From the NCBI RefSeq assembly GCF_009914755.1, contig NC_060935.1: a DNA stretch of 64,000 nucleotides. One strand, 5' to 3'. A program made the position numbers and the translations under genes. Under the pieces are notes generated by a model that saw nothing but the letters and a program-made list of their open reading frames with translations, had not been told where the DNA came from and ran no database searches. Below, piece by piece: positions 12,801-26,979 of this stretch (position 1 is the first letter of the stretch; every line of letters starts with the position of its first letter). Origin of the DNA: the human T2T-CHM13v2.0 reference genome, Homo sapiens.

Positions 12801-15800
12801 CAATTCTTAGTGATCATTGCATTGAACTAACAGAGCTGAACATTCCTTTAGATGGAGCAGTTTCCAAACCCACTTTCTGTAGAATCTTCAAGTGGATATT
12901 TGGACTTCTCTGAGGATTTCGTTGGAAACGGGATAAACTTCCCAGAACTACACGGAAGCATTGTGAGAAACTTCTTTGTGATGTTTGCATTCAACTCACA
13001 GAGTTGAACCTTGCTTTCATAGTTCAGCTTTCAAACACTCTTTTTGTAGAATCTGCAAGTGGATATTTGGACCACTTTGTGGCCTTCCTTCGAAACGGGT
13101 ATATCTTCCCATCAAACCTAGACAGAATCATTCTCAGAATGTTTCCTGTGATGACTGCATTCAACTCACAGAGGTGAACAATCCTGTGATGGAGCACTTT
13201 TGAAACTCTCTTTCTTTGGATTCTGCAAGTTGATATGTGGACCTCTGTGAAGATTTCGTTGGAAACGGGTTCATCTTCACAGAAAAACTAAACAGAAGCA
13301 TTCTCAGAAACTACTTTGTGATGTTTGTGTTCCACTTCTAGAATTGAACTTTCCTCTTGACAGAGCAGCTCTGAAACCCTCTTTTTCTAGAATCTGCAAG
13401 TGGACATTTGGAGGGCTTTGAGGCCTGTGGTGGAAAAGGAAAATCTTCACATAAAAACTAGATGGAAGCATTCTCAGAAACTACTTTGTGATGATTGCAT
13501 TCGACTCACAGAGTTGAACATTCCTATAGATAGAGCAGGTTGTAAACAATCTTTTTGTAGAATCTGCGATTGGAGATTTGGACTGCTTTGAGGCCTACTG
13601 TAGTAAAGGAAATAACTTCATCTAAAAACCAAACGGAAGCATTCACAGACAATTCTTAGTGATCATTGCATTGAACTAACAGAGCTGAACATTCCTTTAG
13701 ATGGCGCAGTTTCCAAACACACTTTCTGTAGAATCTGCAAGTGGATATTTGGACCTCTCTGAGGATTTCGTTGGAAACGGGATAAACTTCCCAGAACTAC
13801 ACGGAAGCATGCTGAGAAACTTCTTTGTGATGTTTGCATTCAACTCACAGAGTTGAACCTTGCTTTCATAGTTCAGCTTTCAAACACTCTTTTTGTAGAA
13901 TCTGCAAGTGGATATTTGGACCACTTTGTGGCCTTCCTTCGAAACGGGTATATCTTCACATCAAACCTAGACAGAAGCATTCTCAGAATGTTTCCTGTGA
14001 TGACTGCATTCAACTCACAGAGGTGAACAATCCTGCTGATGGAGCAATTTTGAAACTCTCTTTCTTTGGATTCTGCAAGTGGATATGTGGACCTCTGTGA
14101 AGATTTCGTTGGAAACGGGTTCATCTTCACAGAAAAACTAAACAGAAGCATTCTCAGAAACTGCTTTGTGATGTTTGTGTTCCACTTCAGGAATTGAACT
14201 TTCCTCTTGACAGAGCAGCTCTGAAACCCTCTTATTCTAGAATCTGCAAGTGGACATTTGGAGGGCTTTGAGGCCTGTGGTGGAAAAGGAAAATCTTCAC
14301 ATAAAAACTAGATGGAAGCATTCTCAGAAACTACTTTGTGATGATTGCATTCGACTCACAGAGTTGAACATTCCTATAGATAGAGCAGGTTGTAAACAAT
14401 CTTTTTGTAGAATCTGCGATTGGAGATTTGGACTGCTTTGAGTCCTACTGTAGTAAAGGAAATAACTTCATCTAAAAACCAAACGGAAGCATTCACAGAC
14501 AATTCTTAGTGATCATTGCATTGAACTAACAGAGCTGAACATTCCTTTAGATGGCGCAATTTCCAAACACACTTTCTGTAGAATCTGCAAGTGGATATTT
14601 GGACTTCTCTGAGGATTTCGTTGGAAACGGGATAAACTTCCCAGAACTACACGGAAGCATTGTGAGAAACTTCTTTGTGATGTTTGCATTCAACTCACAG
14701 AGTTGAACCTTGCTTTCATAGTTCAGCTTTCAAACACTCTTTTTGTAGAATCTGCAAGTGGATATTTGGACCACTTTTTGGGCTTCCTTCGAAACGGGTA
14801 TATCTTCACATCAAACCTAGACAGAAACATTCTCAGAATGTTTCCTGTGATGACTGCATTCAACTCACAGAGGTGAACAATCCTGCTGATGGAGCAGTTT
14901 TGAAACTCTCTTTCTTTGGATTCTGCAAGTGGATATGTGGACCTCTGTGAAGATTTCGTTGGAAACGGGTTCATCTTCACAGAAAAACTAAACAGAAGCA
15001 TTCTGAAAAACTACTTTGTGATGTTTGTGTTCCACTTCAAGAATTGAACTTTCCTCTTGACAGAGCAGCTCTGAAACCCTCTTTTTCTAGAATCTGCAAG
15101 TGGACATTTGGAGGGCTTTGAGGCCTGTGGTGGAAAAGGAAAATCTTCACATAAAAACTAGATGGAAGCATTCTCAGAAACTACTTTGTGATGATTGCAT
15201 TCGACTCACAGAGTTGAACATTCCTATAGATAGAGCAGGTTGTAAACAATCTTTTTCTAGAATCTGCGATTGGAGATTTGGACTGCTTTGAGGCCTACTG
15301 TAGTAAAGGAAATAACTTCATCTAAAAACCAAACGGAAGCATTCACAGACAATTCTTAGTGATCATTGGATTGAACTAACACAGCTGAACATTCCTTTAG
15401 ATGGAGCAGTTTCCAAACACACTTTCTGTAGAATCTGCAAGTGGATATTTGGACCTCTCTGAGGATTTCGTTGGAAACGGGATAAACTTCCCAAAACTAC
15501 ACAGAAGCATTCTGAGAAACTTCTTTGTGATGTTTGCATTCAACTCACAGAGTTGAACCTTGCTTTCATACTTCAGCTTTCAAACACTCTTTTTGTAGAA
15601 TCTGCAAGTGGATATTTGGACCACTTTGTGGCCTTCCTTCGAAACGGGTATATCTTCACATCAAACCTAGACAGAAGCATTCTCAGAATGTTTCCTGTGA
15701 TGACTGCATTCAACTCACAGAGGTGAACAATCCTGCTGATGGAGCAGTTTTGAAACTCTCTTTCTTTGGATTCTGCAAGTGGATATGTGGACCTCTGTGA

Positions 15801-18800
15801 ACATTTCGTTGGAAACGGGTTCATCTTCACAGAAAAACTAAACAGAAGCATTCTCAGAAACTGCTTTGTGATGTTTGTGTTCCACTTCAGGAATTGAACT
15901 TTCCTCTTGACAGAGCAGCTCTGAAACCCTCTTATTCTAGAATCTGCAAGTGGACATTTGGAGGGCTTTGAGGCCTGTGGTGGAAAAGGAAAATCTTCAC
16001 ATAAAAACTAGATGGAAGCATTCTCAGAAACTACTTTGTGATGATTGCATTCGACTCACAGAGTTGAACATTCCTATAGATAGAGCAGGTTGTAAACAGT
16101 CTTTTTGTAGAAAATGCGATTGGAGATTTGGACTGCTTTGAGGCCTACTGTAGTAAAGGAAATAACTTCATCTAAAAACCAAACGGAAGCATTCACAGAC
16201 AATTCTTAGTGATCATTGGATTGAACTAACAGAGCTGAACATTCCTTTAGATGGAGCAGTTGCCAAACCCACTTTCTGTAGAATCTGCAAGTGGATATTT
16301 GGACTTCTCTGAGGATTTCGTGGGAAACGGGATAAACTTCCCAGAACTACACGGAAGCATTGTGAGAAACTTCTTTGTGATGTTTGCATTCAACTCACAG
16401 AGTTGAACCTTGCTTTCATAGTTCAGCTTTCAAACACTCTTTTTGTAGAATCTGCAAGTGGATATTTGGATCACTTTGTGGCCTTCCTTCGAAACGGGTA
16501 TATCTTCACATCAAACCTAGACAGAAGCATTCTCAGAATGTTTCCTGTGATGACTGCATTCAACTCACAGAGGTGAACAATCCTGCTGATGGAGCAGTTT
16601 TGAAACTCTCTTTCTTTGGATTCTGCAAGTGGATATGTGGACCTCTGTGAACATTTCGTTGGAAACGGGTTCATCTTCACAGAAAAACTAAACAGGAGCA
16701 TTCTCAGAAACTGCTTTGTGATGTTTGTGTTCCACTTCAAGAATTGAACTTTCCTCTTGACAGAACAGCTCTGAAACCCTCTTTTTCTAGAATCTGCAAG
16801 TGGACATTTGGAGGGCTTTGAGGCCTGTGGTGGAAAAGGAAAATCTTCACATAAAAACTAGATGGAAGCATTCTCAGAAACTACTTTGTGATGATTGCAT
16901 TCGACTCACAGAGTTGAACATTCCTATAGATAGAGCAGGTTGTAAACAATCTTTTTCTAGAATCTGCGATTGGAGATTTGGACTGCTTTGAGGCCTACTG
17001 TAGTAAAGGAAATAACTTCATCTAAAAACCAAACGGAAGCATTCACAGACAATTCTTAGTGATCATTGCATTGAACTAACAGAGCTGAACATTCCTTTAG
17101 ATGGCGCAGTTTCCAAACACACTTTCTGTAGAATCTGCAAGTGGATATTTGGACCTCTCGGAGGATTTCGTTGGAAACGGGATAAACTTCCCAGAACTAC
17201 ACGGAAGCATTGTGAGAAACTTCTTTGTGATGTTTGCATTCAACTCACAGAGTTGAACCTTGCTTTCATAGTTCAGCTTTCAAACACTCTTTTTGTAGAA
17301 TCTGCAAGTGGATATTTGGACCACTTTGTGGCCTTCCTTCGAAACGGGTATATCTTCACATCAAACCTAGACAGAAGCATTCTCAGAATGTTTCCTGTGA
17401 TGACTGCATTCAACTCACAGAGGTGAACAATCCTGCTGATGGAGCAGTTTTGAAACTCTCTTTCTTTGGATTCTGCAAGTGGATATGTGGACCTCTGTGA
17501 AGATTTCGTTGGAAACGGGTTCATCTTCACAGAAAAACTAAACAGGAGCATTCTCAGAAACTGCTTTGTGATGTTTGTGTTCCACTTAAAGAATTGAACT
17601 TTCCTCTTGACAGAGCAGCTCTGAAACCCTCTTTTTCTAGAATCTGCAAGTGGACATTTGGAGGGCTTTGAGGCCTGTGGTGGAAAAGGAAAATCTTCAC
17701 ATAAAAACTTTATGGAAGCATTCTCAGAAACTTCTTTGTGATGATTGCATTCGACTCACAGAGTTGAACATTCCTATAGATAGAGCAGGTTGTAAACAAT
17801 CTTTTTGTAGAATCTGCGATTGGAGATTTGGACTGCTTTGAGGCCTACTGTAGTAAAGGAAATTACTTCATCTAAAAACCAAACGGAAGCATTCACAGAC
17901 AATTCTTAGTCATCATTGGATTGAACTAACAGAGCTGAACACTCCTTTAGATGGAGCAGTTTCCAAACCCACTTTCTGTAGAATCTGCAAGTGGATATTT
18001 GGACTTCTCTGAGGATTTCGTTGGAAACGGGATAAACTTCCCAGAACTACACGGAAGCATTCTGAGAAACTTCTTTGTGATGTTTGCATTCAACTCACAG
18101 AGTTGAACCTTGCTTTCATAGTTCAGCTTTCAAACACTCTTTTTGTAGAATCTGCAAGTGGATATTTGGACCACTTTGTGGCCTTCCTTCGAAACGGGTA
18201 TATCTTCACATCAAACCTAGACAGAAGCATTCTCAGAATGTTTCCTGTGATGACTGCATTCAACTCACAGAGGTGAACAATCCTGCTGATGGAGCAATTT
18301 TGAAACTCTCTTTCTTTGGATTCTGCAAGTGGATATGTGGACCTCTGTGAAGATTTCGTTGGAAACGGGTTCATCTTCACAGAAAAACTAAACAGAAGCA
18401 TTCTCAGAAACTGCTTTGTGATGTTTGTGTTCCACTTCAGGAATTGAACTTTCCTCTTGACAGAGCAGCTCTGAAACCCTCTTATTCTAGAATCTGCAAG
18501 TGGACATTTGGAGGGCTTTGAGGCCTGTGGTGGAAAAGGAAAATCTTCACATAAAAACTAGATGGAAGCATTCTCAGAAACTACTTTGTGATGATTGCAT
18601 TCGACTCACAGAGTTGAACATTCCTATAGATAGAGCAGGTTGTAAACAATCTTTTTGTAGAATCTGCGATTGGAGATTTGGACTGCTTTGAGTCCTACTG
18701 TAGTAAAGGAAATAACTTCATCTAAAAACCAAACGGAAGCATTCACAGACAATTCTTAGTGATCATTGCATTGAACTAACAGAGCTGAACATTCCTTTAG

Positions 18801-21800
18801 ATGGCGCAGTTTCCAAACACACTTTCTGTAGAATCTGCAAGTGGATATTTGGACTTCTCTGAGGATTTCGTTGGAAACGGGCTAAACTTCCCAGAACTAC
18901 ACGGAAGCATTGTGAGAAACTTCTTTGTGATGTTTGCATTCAACTCACAGAGTTGAACCTTGCTTTCATAGTTCAGCTTTCAAACACTCTTTTTGTAGAA
19001 TCTGCAAGTGGATATTTGGACCACTTTTTGGGCTTCCTTCGAAACGGGTATATCTTCACATCAAACCTAGACAGAAACATTCTCAGAATGTTTCCTGTGA
19101 TGACTGCATTCAACTCACAGAGGTGAACAATCCTGCTGATGGAGCAGTTTTGAAACTCTCTTTCTTTGGATTCTGCAAGTGGATATGTGGACCTCTGTGA
19201 AGATTTCGTTGGAAACGGGTTCATCTTCACAGAAAAACTAAACAGGAGCATTCTCAGAAACTGCTTTGTGATGTTTGTGTTCCACTTCAAGAATTGAACT
19301 TTCCTCTTGACAGAGCAGCTCTGAAACCCTATTTTTCTAGAATATGCAAGTGGACATTTGGAGGGCTTTGAGGCCTGTGGTGGAAAAGGAAAATCTTCAC
19401 ATAAAAACTAGATGGAAGCATTCTCAGAAACTACTTTGTGATGATTGCATTCGACTCACAGAGTTGAACATTCCTATAGATAGAGCAGGTTGTAAACAAT
19501 CTTTTTCTAGAATCTGCGATTGGAGATTTGGACTGCTTTGAGGCCTACTGTAGTAAAGGAAATAACTTCATCTAAAAACCAAACGGAAGCATTCACAGAC
19601 AATTCTTAGTGATCATTGGATTGAACTAACAGAGCTGAACATTCCTTTAGATGGAGCAGTTTCCAAACCCACTTTCTGTAGAATCTGCAAGTGGATATTT
19701 GGACTTCTCTGAGGATTTCGTTGGAAACGGGATAAACTTCCCAGAACTACAGGGAAGCATTGTGAGAAACTTCTTTGTGATGTTTGCATTCAACTCACAG
19801 AGTTGAACCTTGCTTTCATAGTTCAGCTTTCAAACACTCTTTTTGTAGAATCTGCAAGTGGATATTTGGACCACTTTGTGGCCTTCCTTCGAAACGGGTA
19901 TATCTTCACATCAAACCTAGACAGAAGCATTCTCAGAATGTTTCCTGTGAAGACTGCATTCAACTGACAGAGATGAACAATCCTGTTGATGGAGCACTTT
20001 GGAAACTCTCTTTCTTGGGATTCTGCAAGTTGATATGTGGACCTCTGTGAAGATTTCGTTGGAAACGGGTTCATCTTCACAGAAAAACTAAACAGGAGCA
20101 TTCTCAGAAACTGCTTTGTGATGTTTGTGTTCCACTTTAAGAATTGAACATTCCTCTTGACAGAGCAGCTCTGAAACCCTCTTTTTCTAGAATCTGCAAG
20201 TGGACATTTGGAGGGCTTTGAGGCCTGTGGTGGAAAAGGATAATCTTCACATAAAAACTAGATGGAAGCATTCTCAGAAACTACTTTGTGATGATTGCAT
20301 TCGACTCACAGAGTTGAACATTCCTATAGATAGAGCAGGTTGTAAACAATCTTTTTGTAGAATCTGCGATTGGAGATTTGGACTGCTTTGAGGCCTACTG
20401 TAGTAAAGGAAATAACTTCATCTAAAAATCAAACGGAAGCATTCACAGACAATTCTTAGTGATCATTGCATTGAACTAACAGAGCTGAACATTCCTTTAG
20501 ATGGAGCAGTTTCCAAACCCACTTTCTGTAGAATCTTCAAGTGGATATTTGGACTTCTCTGAGGATTTCGTTGGAAACGGGATAAACTTCCCAGAACTAC
20601 ACGGAAGCATTGTGAGAAACTTCTTTGTGATGTTTGCATTCAACTCACAGAGTTGAACCTTGCTTTCATAGTTCAGCTTTCAAACACTCTTTTTGTAGAA
20701 TCTGCAAGTGGATATTTGGACCACTTTGTGGCCTTCCTTCGAAACGGGTATATCTTCCCATCAAACCTAGACAGAAGCATTCTCAGAATGTTTCCTGTGA
20801 TGACTGCATTCAACTCACAGAGGTGAACAATCCTGTGATGGAGCACTTTTGAAACTCTCTTTCTTTGGATTCTGCAAGTTGATATGTGGACCTCTGTGAA
20901 GATTTCGTTGGAAACGGGTTCATCTTCACAGAAAAACTAAACAGAAGCATTCTCAGAAACTACTTTGTGATGTTTGTGTTCCACTTCTAGAATTGAACTT
21001 TCCTCTTGACAGAGCAGCTCTGAAACCCTCTTTTTCTAGAATCTGCAAGTGGACATTTGGAGGGCTTTGAGGCCTGTGGTGGAAAAGGAAAATCTTCATA
21101 TAAAAACTAGATGGAAGCATTCTCAGAAACTACTTTGTGATGATTGCATTCGACTCACAGAGTTGAACATTCCTATAGATAGAGCAGGTTGTAAACAATC
21201 TTTTTGTAGAATCTGCGATTGGAGATTTGGACTGCTTTGAGGCCTACTGTAGTAAAGGAAATAACTTCATCTAAAAACCAAACGGAAGCATTCACAGACA
21301 ATTCTTAGTGATCATTGCATTGAACTAACAGAGCTGAACATTCCTTTAGATGGCGCAGTTTCCAAACACACTTTCTGTAGAATCTGCAAGTGGATATTTG
21401 GACCTCTCTGAGGATTTCGTTGGAAACGGGATAAACTTCCCAGAACTACACGGAAGCATGCTGAGAAACTTCTTTGTGATGTTTGCATTCAACTCACAGA
21501 GTTGAACCTTGCTTTCATAGTTCAGCTTTCAAACACTCTTTTTGTAGAATCTGCAAGTGGATATTTGGACCACTTTGTGGCCTTCCTTCGAAACGGGTAT
21601 ATCTTCACATCAAACCTAGACAGAAGCATTCTCAGAATGTTTCCTGTGATGACTGCATTCAACTCACAGAGGTGAACAATCCTGCTGATGGAGCAATTTT
21701 GAAACTCTCTTTCTTTGGATTCTGCAAGTGGATATGTGGACCTCTGTGAAGATTTCGTTGGAAACGGGTTCATCTTCACAGAAAAACTAAACAGAAGCAT

Positions 21801-24800
21801 TCTCAGAAACTGCTTTGTGATGTTTGTGTTCCACTTCAGGAATTGAACTTTCCTCTTGACAGAGCAGCTCTGAAACCCTCTTATTCTAGAATCTGCAAGT
21901 GGACATTTGGAGGGCTTTGAGGCCTGTGGTGGAAAAGGAAAATCTTCACATAAAAACTAGATGGAAGCATTCTCAGAAACTACTTTGTGATGATTGCATT
22001 CGACTCACAGAGTTGAACATTCCTATAGATAGAGCAGGTTGTAAACAATCTTTTTGTAGAATCTGCGATTGGAGATTTGGACTGCTTTGAGTCCTACTGT
22101 AGTAAAGGAAATAACTTCATCTAAAAACCAAACGGAAGCATTCACAGACAATTCTTAGTGATCATTGCATTGAACTAACAGAGCTGAACATTCCTTTAGA
22201 TGGCGCAGTTTCCAAACACACTTTCTGTAGAATCTGCAAGTGGATATTTGGACTTCTCTGAGGATTTCGTTGGAAACGGGATAAACTTCCCAGAACTACA
22301 CGGAAGCATTGTGAGAAACTTCTTTGTGATGTTTGCATTCAACTCACAGAGTTGAAACTTGCTTTCATACTTCAGCTTTCAAACACTCTTTTTGTAGAAT
22401 CTGCAAGTGGATATTTGGACCACTTTGTGGCCTTCCTTCGAAACGGGTATATCTTCACATCAAACCTAGACATAAGCATTCTCAGAATGTTTCCTGTGAA
22501 GACTGCATTCAACTCACAGAGATGAACAATCCTGTTGATGGAGCACTTTGGAAACTCTCTTTCTTTGGATTCTGCAAGTTGATATGTGGACCTCTGTGAA
22601 GATTTCGTTGGAAACGGGTTCATCTTCACAGAAAAACTAAACAGAAGCATTCTCAAAAACTACTTTGTGATGTTTGTGTTCCACTTCAAGAATTGAACTT
22701 TCCTCTTGACAGAGCAGTTCTGAAAACCTCTTTTTCTAGAATCTGCAAGTGGACATTTGGAGGGCTTTGAGGCCTGTGGTGGAAAAGGAAAATCTTCACA
22801 TAAAAACTAGATGGAAGCATTCTCAGAAACTACTTTGTGATGATTGCATTCGACTCACAGAGTTGAACATTCCTATAGATAGAGCAGGTTGTAAACAATC
22901 TTTTTGTAGAATCTGCGATTGGAGATTCGGACTGCTTTGAGGCCTACTGTAGTAAAGGAAATAACTTCATCTAAAAACCAAACGGAAGCATTCACAGACA
23001 ATTCTTAGTGATCATTGCATTGAACTAACAGAGCTGAACATTCCTTTAGATGGCGCAGTTTCCAAACACACTTTCTGTAGAATCTGCAAGTGGATATTTG
23101 GACCTCTCTGAGGATTTCGTTGGAAACGGGATAAACTTCCCAGAACTACACGGAAGCATGCTGAGAAACTTCTTTGTGATGTTTGCATTCAACTCACAGA
23201 GTTGAACCTTGCTTTCATAGTTCAGCTTTCAAACACTCTTTTTGTAGAATCTGCAAGTGGATATTTGGACCACTTTGTGGCCTTCCTTCGAAACGGGTAT
23301 ATCTTCACATCAAACCTAGACAGAAGCATTCTCAGAATGTTTCCTGTGATGACTGCATTCAACTCACAGAGGTGAACAATCCTGCTGATGGAGCAATTTT
23401 AAAACTCTCTTTCTTTGGATTCTGCAAGTGGATATGTGGACCTCTGTGAAGATTTCGTTGGAAACGGGTTCATCTTCACAGAAAAACTAAACAGAAGCAT
23501 TCTCAGAAACTGCTTTGTGATGTTTGTGTTCCACTTCAGGAATTGAACTTTCCTCTTGACAGAGCAGCTCTGAAACCCTCTTATTCTAGAATCTGCAAGT
23601 GGACATTTGGAGGGCTTTGAGGCCTGTGGTGGAAAAGGAAAATCTTCACATAAAAACTAGATGGAAGCATTCTCAGAAACTACTTTGTGATGATTGCATT
23701 CGACTCACAGAGTTGAACATTCCTATAGATAGAGCAGGTTGTAAACAATCTTTTTCTAGAATCTGCGATTGGAGATTTGGACTGCTTTGAGGCCTACTGT
23801 AGTAAAGGAAATAACTTCATCTAAAAACCAAACGGAAGCATTCAGAGACAATTCTCAGTGATCATTGGATTGAACTAACAGAGCTGAACATTCCTTTAGA
23901 TGGAGCAGTTTCCAAACAAACTTTCTGTAGAATCTGCAAGTGGATATTTGGACTTCTCTGAGAATTTCGTTGGAAAAGGGATAAACTTCCCATAACTACA
24001 CGGAAGCATTGTGAGAAACTTCTTTGTGATGTTTGCATTCAACTCACAGAGTTGAACCTTGCTTTCATAGTTCAGCTTTCAAACACTCTTTTTGTAGAAT
24101 CTGCAAGTGGATATTTGGACCACTTTGTGGCCTTCCTTCGAAACGGGTATATCTTCACATCAAACCTAGACAGAAGCATTCTCAGAATGTTTCCTGTGAT
24201 GACTGCATTCAACTCACAGAGGTGAACAATCCTGCTGATGGAGCAGTTTTGAAACTCTCTTTCTTTGGATTCTGCATGTGGATATGTTGACCTCTGTGAA
24301 GATTTCGTTGGAAACGGGTTCATCTTCACAGAAAAACTAAACAGGAGCATTCTCAGAAACTGCTTTGTGATGTTTGTGTTCCACTTCAAGAATTGAACTT
24401 TCCTCTTGACAGAGCAGCTCTGAAACCCTCTTTTTCTAGAATCTGCAAGTGGACATTTGGAAGGATTTGAGGCCTGTGGTGGAAAAGGAAAATCTTCACA
24501 TAAAAACTAGATGGAAGCATTCTCAGAAACTACTTTGTGATGATTGCATTCGACTCACAGAGTTGAACATTCCTATAGATAGAGCAGGTTGTAAACAATC
24601 TTTTTGTAGAATCTGCGATTGGAGATTTGGACTGCTTTGAGGCCTACTGTAGTAAAGGAAATAACTTCATCTAAAAACCAAACGGAAGCATTCACAGACA
24701 ATTCTTAGTGATCATTGCATTGAACTAACAGAGCTGAACATTCCTTTAGATGGAGCAGTTTCCAAACACACTTTCTGTAGAACCTGCAAGTGGATATTTG

Positions 24801-26979
24801 GACCTCTCTGAGGATTTCGTTGGAAACGGGATAAACTTCCCAGAGCTACACGGAAGCATTGTGAGAAACTTCTTTGTGATGTTTGCATTCAACTCACAGA
24901 GTTGAACCTTGCTTTCATAGTTCAGCTTTCAAACACTCTTTTTGTAGAATCTGCAAGTGGATATTTGGACCACTTTGTGGCCTTCCTTCGAAACGGGTAT
25001 ATCTTCACATCAAACCTAGACAGAAGCATTCTCAGAATGTTTCCTGTGATGACTGCATTCAACTCACAGAGGTGAACAATCCTGCTGATGGAGCAATTTT
25101 GAAACTCTCTTTCTTTGGATTCTGCAAGTGGATATGTGGACCTCTGTGAAGATTTCGTTGGAAACGGGTTCATCTTCACAGAAAAACTAAACAGAAGCAT
25201 TCTCAGAAACTGCTTTGTGATGTTTGTGTTCCACTTCAGGAATTGAACTTTCCTCTTGACAGAGCAGCTCTGAAACCCTCTTATTCTAGAATCTGCAAGT
25301 GGACATTTGGAGGGCTTTGAGGCCTGTGGTGGAAAAGGAAAATCTTCACATAAAAACTAGATGGAAGCATTCTCAGAAACTACTTTGTGATGATTGCATT
25401 CGACTCACAGAGTTGAACATTCCTATAGATAGAGCAGGTTGTAAACAATCTTTTTGTAGAAAATGCGATTGGAGATTTGGACTGCTTTGAGGCCTACTGT
25501 AGTAAAGGAAATAACTTCATCTAAAAACCAAACGGAAGCATTCACAGACAATTCTTAGTGATCATTGGATTGAACTAACAGAGCTGAACATTCCTTTAGA
25601 TGGAGCAGTTTCCAAACCCACTTTCTGTAGAATCTGCAAGTGGATATTTGGACTTCTCTGAGGATTTCGTGGGAAACGGGATAAACTTCCCAGAACTACA
25701 CGGAAGCATTGTGAGAAACTTCTTTGTGATGTTTGCATTCAACTCACAGAGTTGAACCTTGCTTTCATAGTTCAGCTTTCAAACACTCTTTTTGTAGAAT
25801 CTGCAAGTGGATATTTGGACCACTTTGTGGCCTTCCTTCGAAACGGGTATATCTTCACATCAAACCTAGACAGAAGCATTCTCAGAATGTTTCCTGTGAT
25901 GACTGCATTCAACTCACAGAGGTGAACAATCCTGCTGATGGAGCAGTTTTGAAACTCTCTTTCTTTGGATTCTGCAAGTGGATATGTGGACCTCTGTGAA
26001 GATTTCGTTGGAAACGGGTTCATCTTCACAGAAAAACTAAACAGAAGCATTCTCAGAAACTGCTTTGTGATGTTTGTGTTCCACTTCAGGAATTGAACTT
26101 TCCTCTTGACAGAGCAGCTCTGAAACCCTCTTATTCTAGAATCTGCAAGTGGACATTTGGAGGGCTTTGAGGCCTGTGGTGGAAAAGGAAAATCTTCACA
26201 TAAAAACTAGATGGAAGCATTCTCAGAAACTACTTTGTGATGATTGCATTTGACTCACAGAGTTGAACATTCCTATAGATAGAGCAGGTTGTAAACAATC
26301 TTTTTGTAGAAAATGCGATTGGAGATTTGGACTGCTTTGAGGCCTACTTTAGTAAAGGAAATAACTTCATCTAAAAACCAAACGGAAGCATTCACAGACA
26401 ATTCTTAGTGATCATTGGATTGAACTAACAGAGCTGAACATTCCTTTAGATGGCGCAGTTTCCAAACACACTTTCTGTAGAATCTGCAAGTGGATATTTG
26501 GACTTCTCTGAGGATTTCGTTGGAAACGGGATAAACTTCCCAGAACTACACGGAAGCATTGTGAGAAACTTCTTTGTGATGTTTGCATTCAACTCACAGA
26601 GTTGAACCTTGCTTTCATAGTTCAGCTTTCAAACACTCTTTTTGTAGAATCTGCAAGTGGATATTTGGACCACTTTGTGGCCTTCCTTCGAAACGGGTAT
26701 ATCTTCACATCAAACCTAGACAGAAGCATTCTCAGAATGTTTCCTGTGATGACTGCATTCAACTCACAGAGGTGAACAATCCTGTTGATGGAGCACTTTT
26801 GAAACTCTCTTTCTTTGGATTCTGCAAGTTGATATGTGGACCTCTGTGAAGATTTCGTTGGAAACGGGTTCATCTTCACAGAAAAATTAACAGAAGCATT
26901 CTCAGAAACTACTTTGTGATGTTTGTGTTCCACTTCAAGAATTGAACTTTCCTCTTGACAGAGCAGCTCTGAAACCCTC

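Larger units (their letters stand above)
1..15000 (+). repeat. Super-HOR block: ~3 tandem copies of a 6-HOR unit (5097-bp period)
   Basis: Variant HORs recur in the same order at +5097: CTCGGAG at ~165/5262/10359, AAACTTTAT at ~715/5812/10909, TTTTGGGC at ~4582/9679/14778. The end boundary is approximate. Confidence 0.9.

Noticed and set aside
23965-23981. CGGG>AGGG box change read as B-box to A-box conversion from monomer 4
   Set aside because: Only one base matches the A-box and the flanks remain monomer-1 type, so a point mutation is sufficient.
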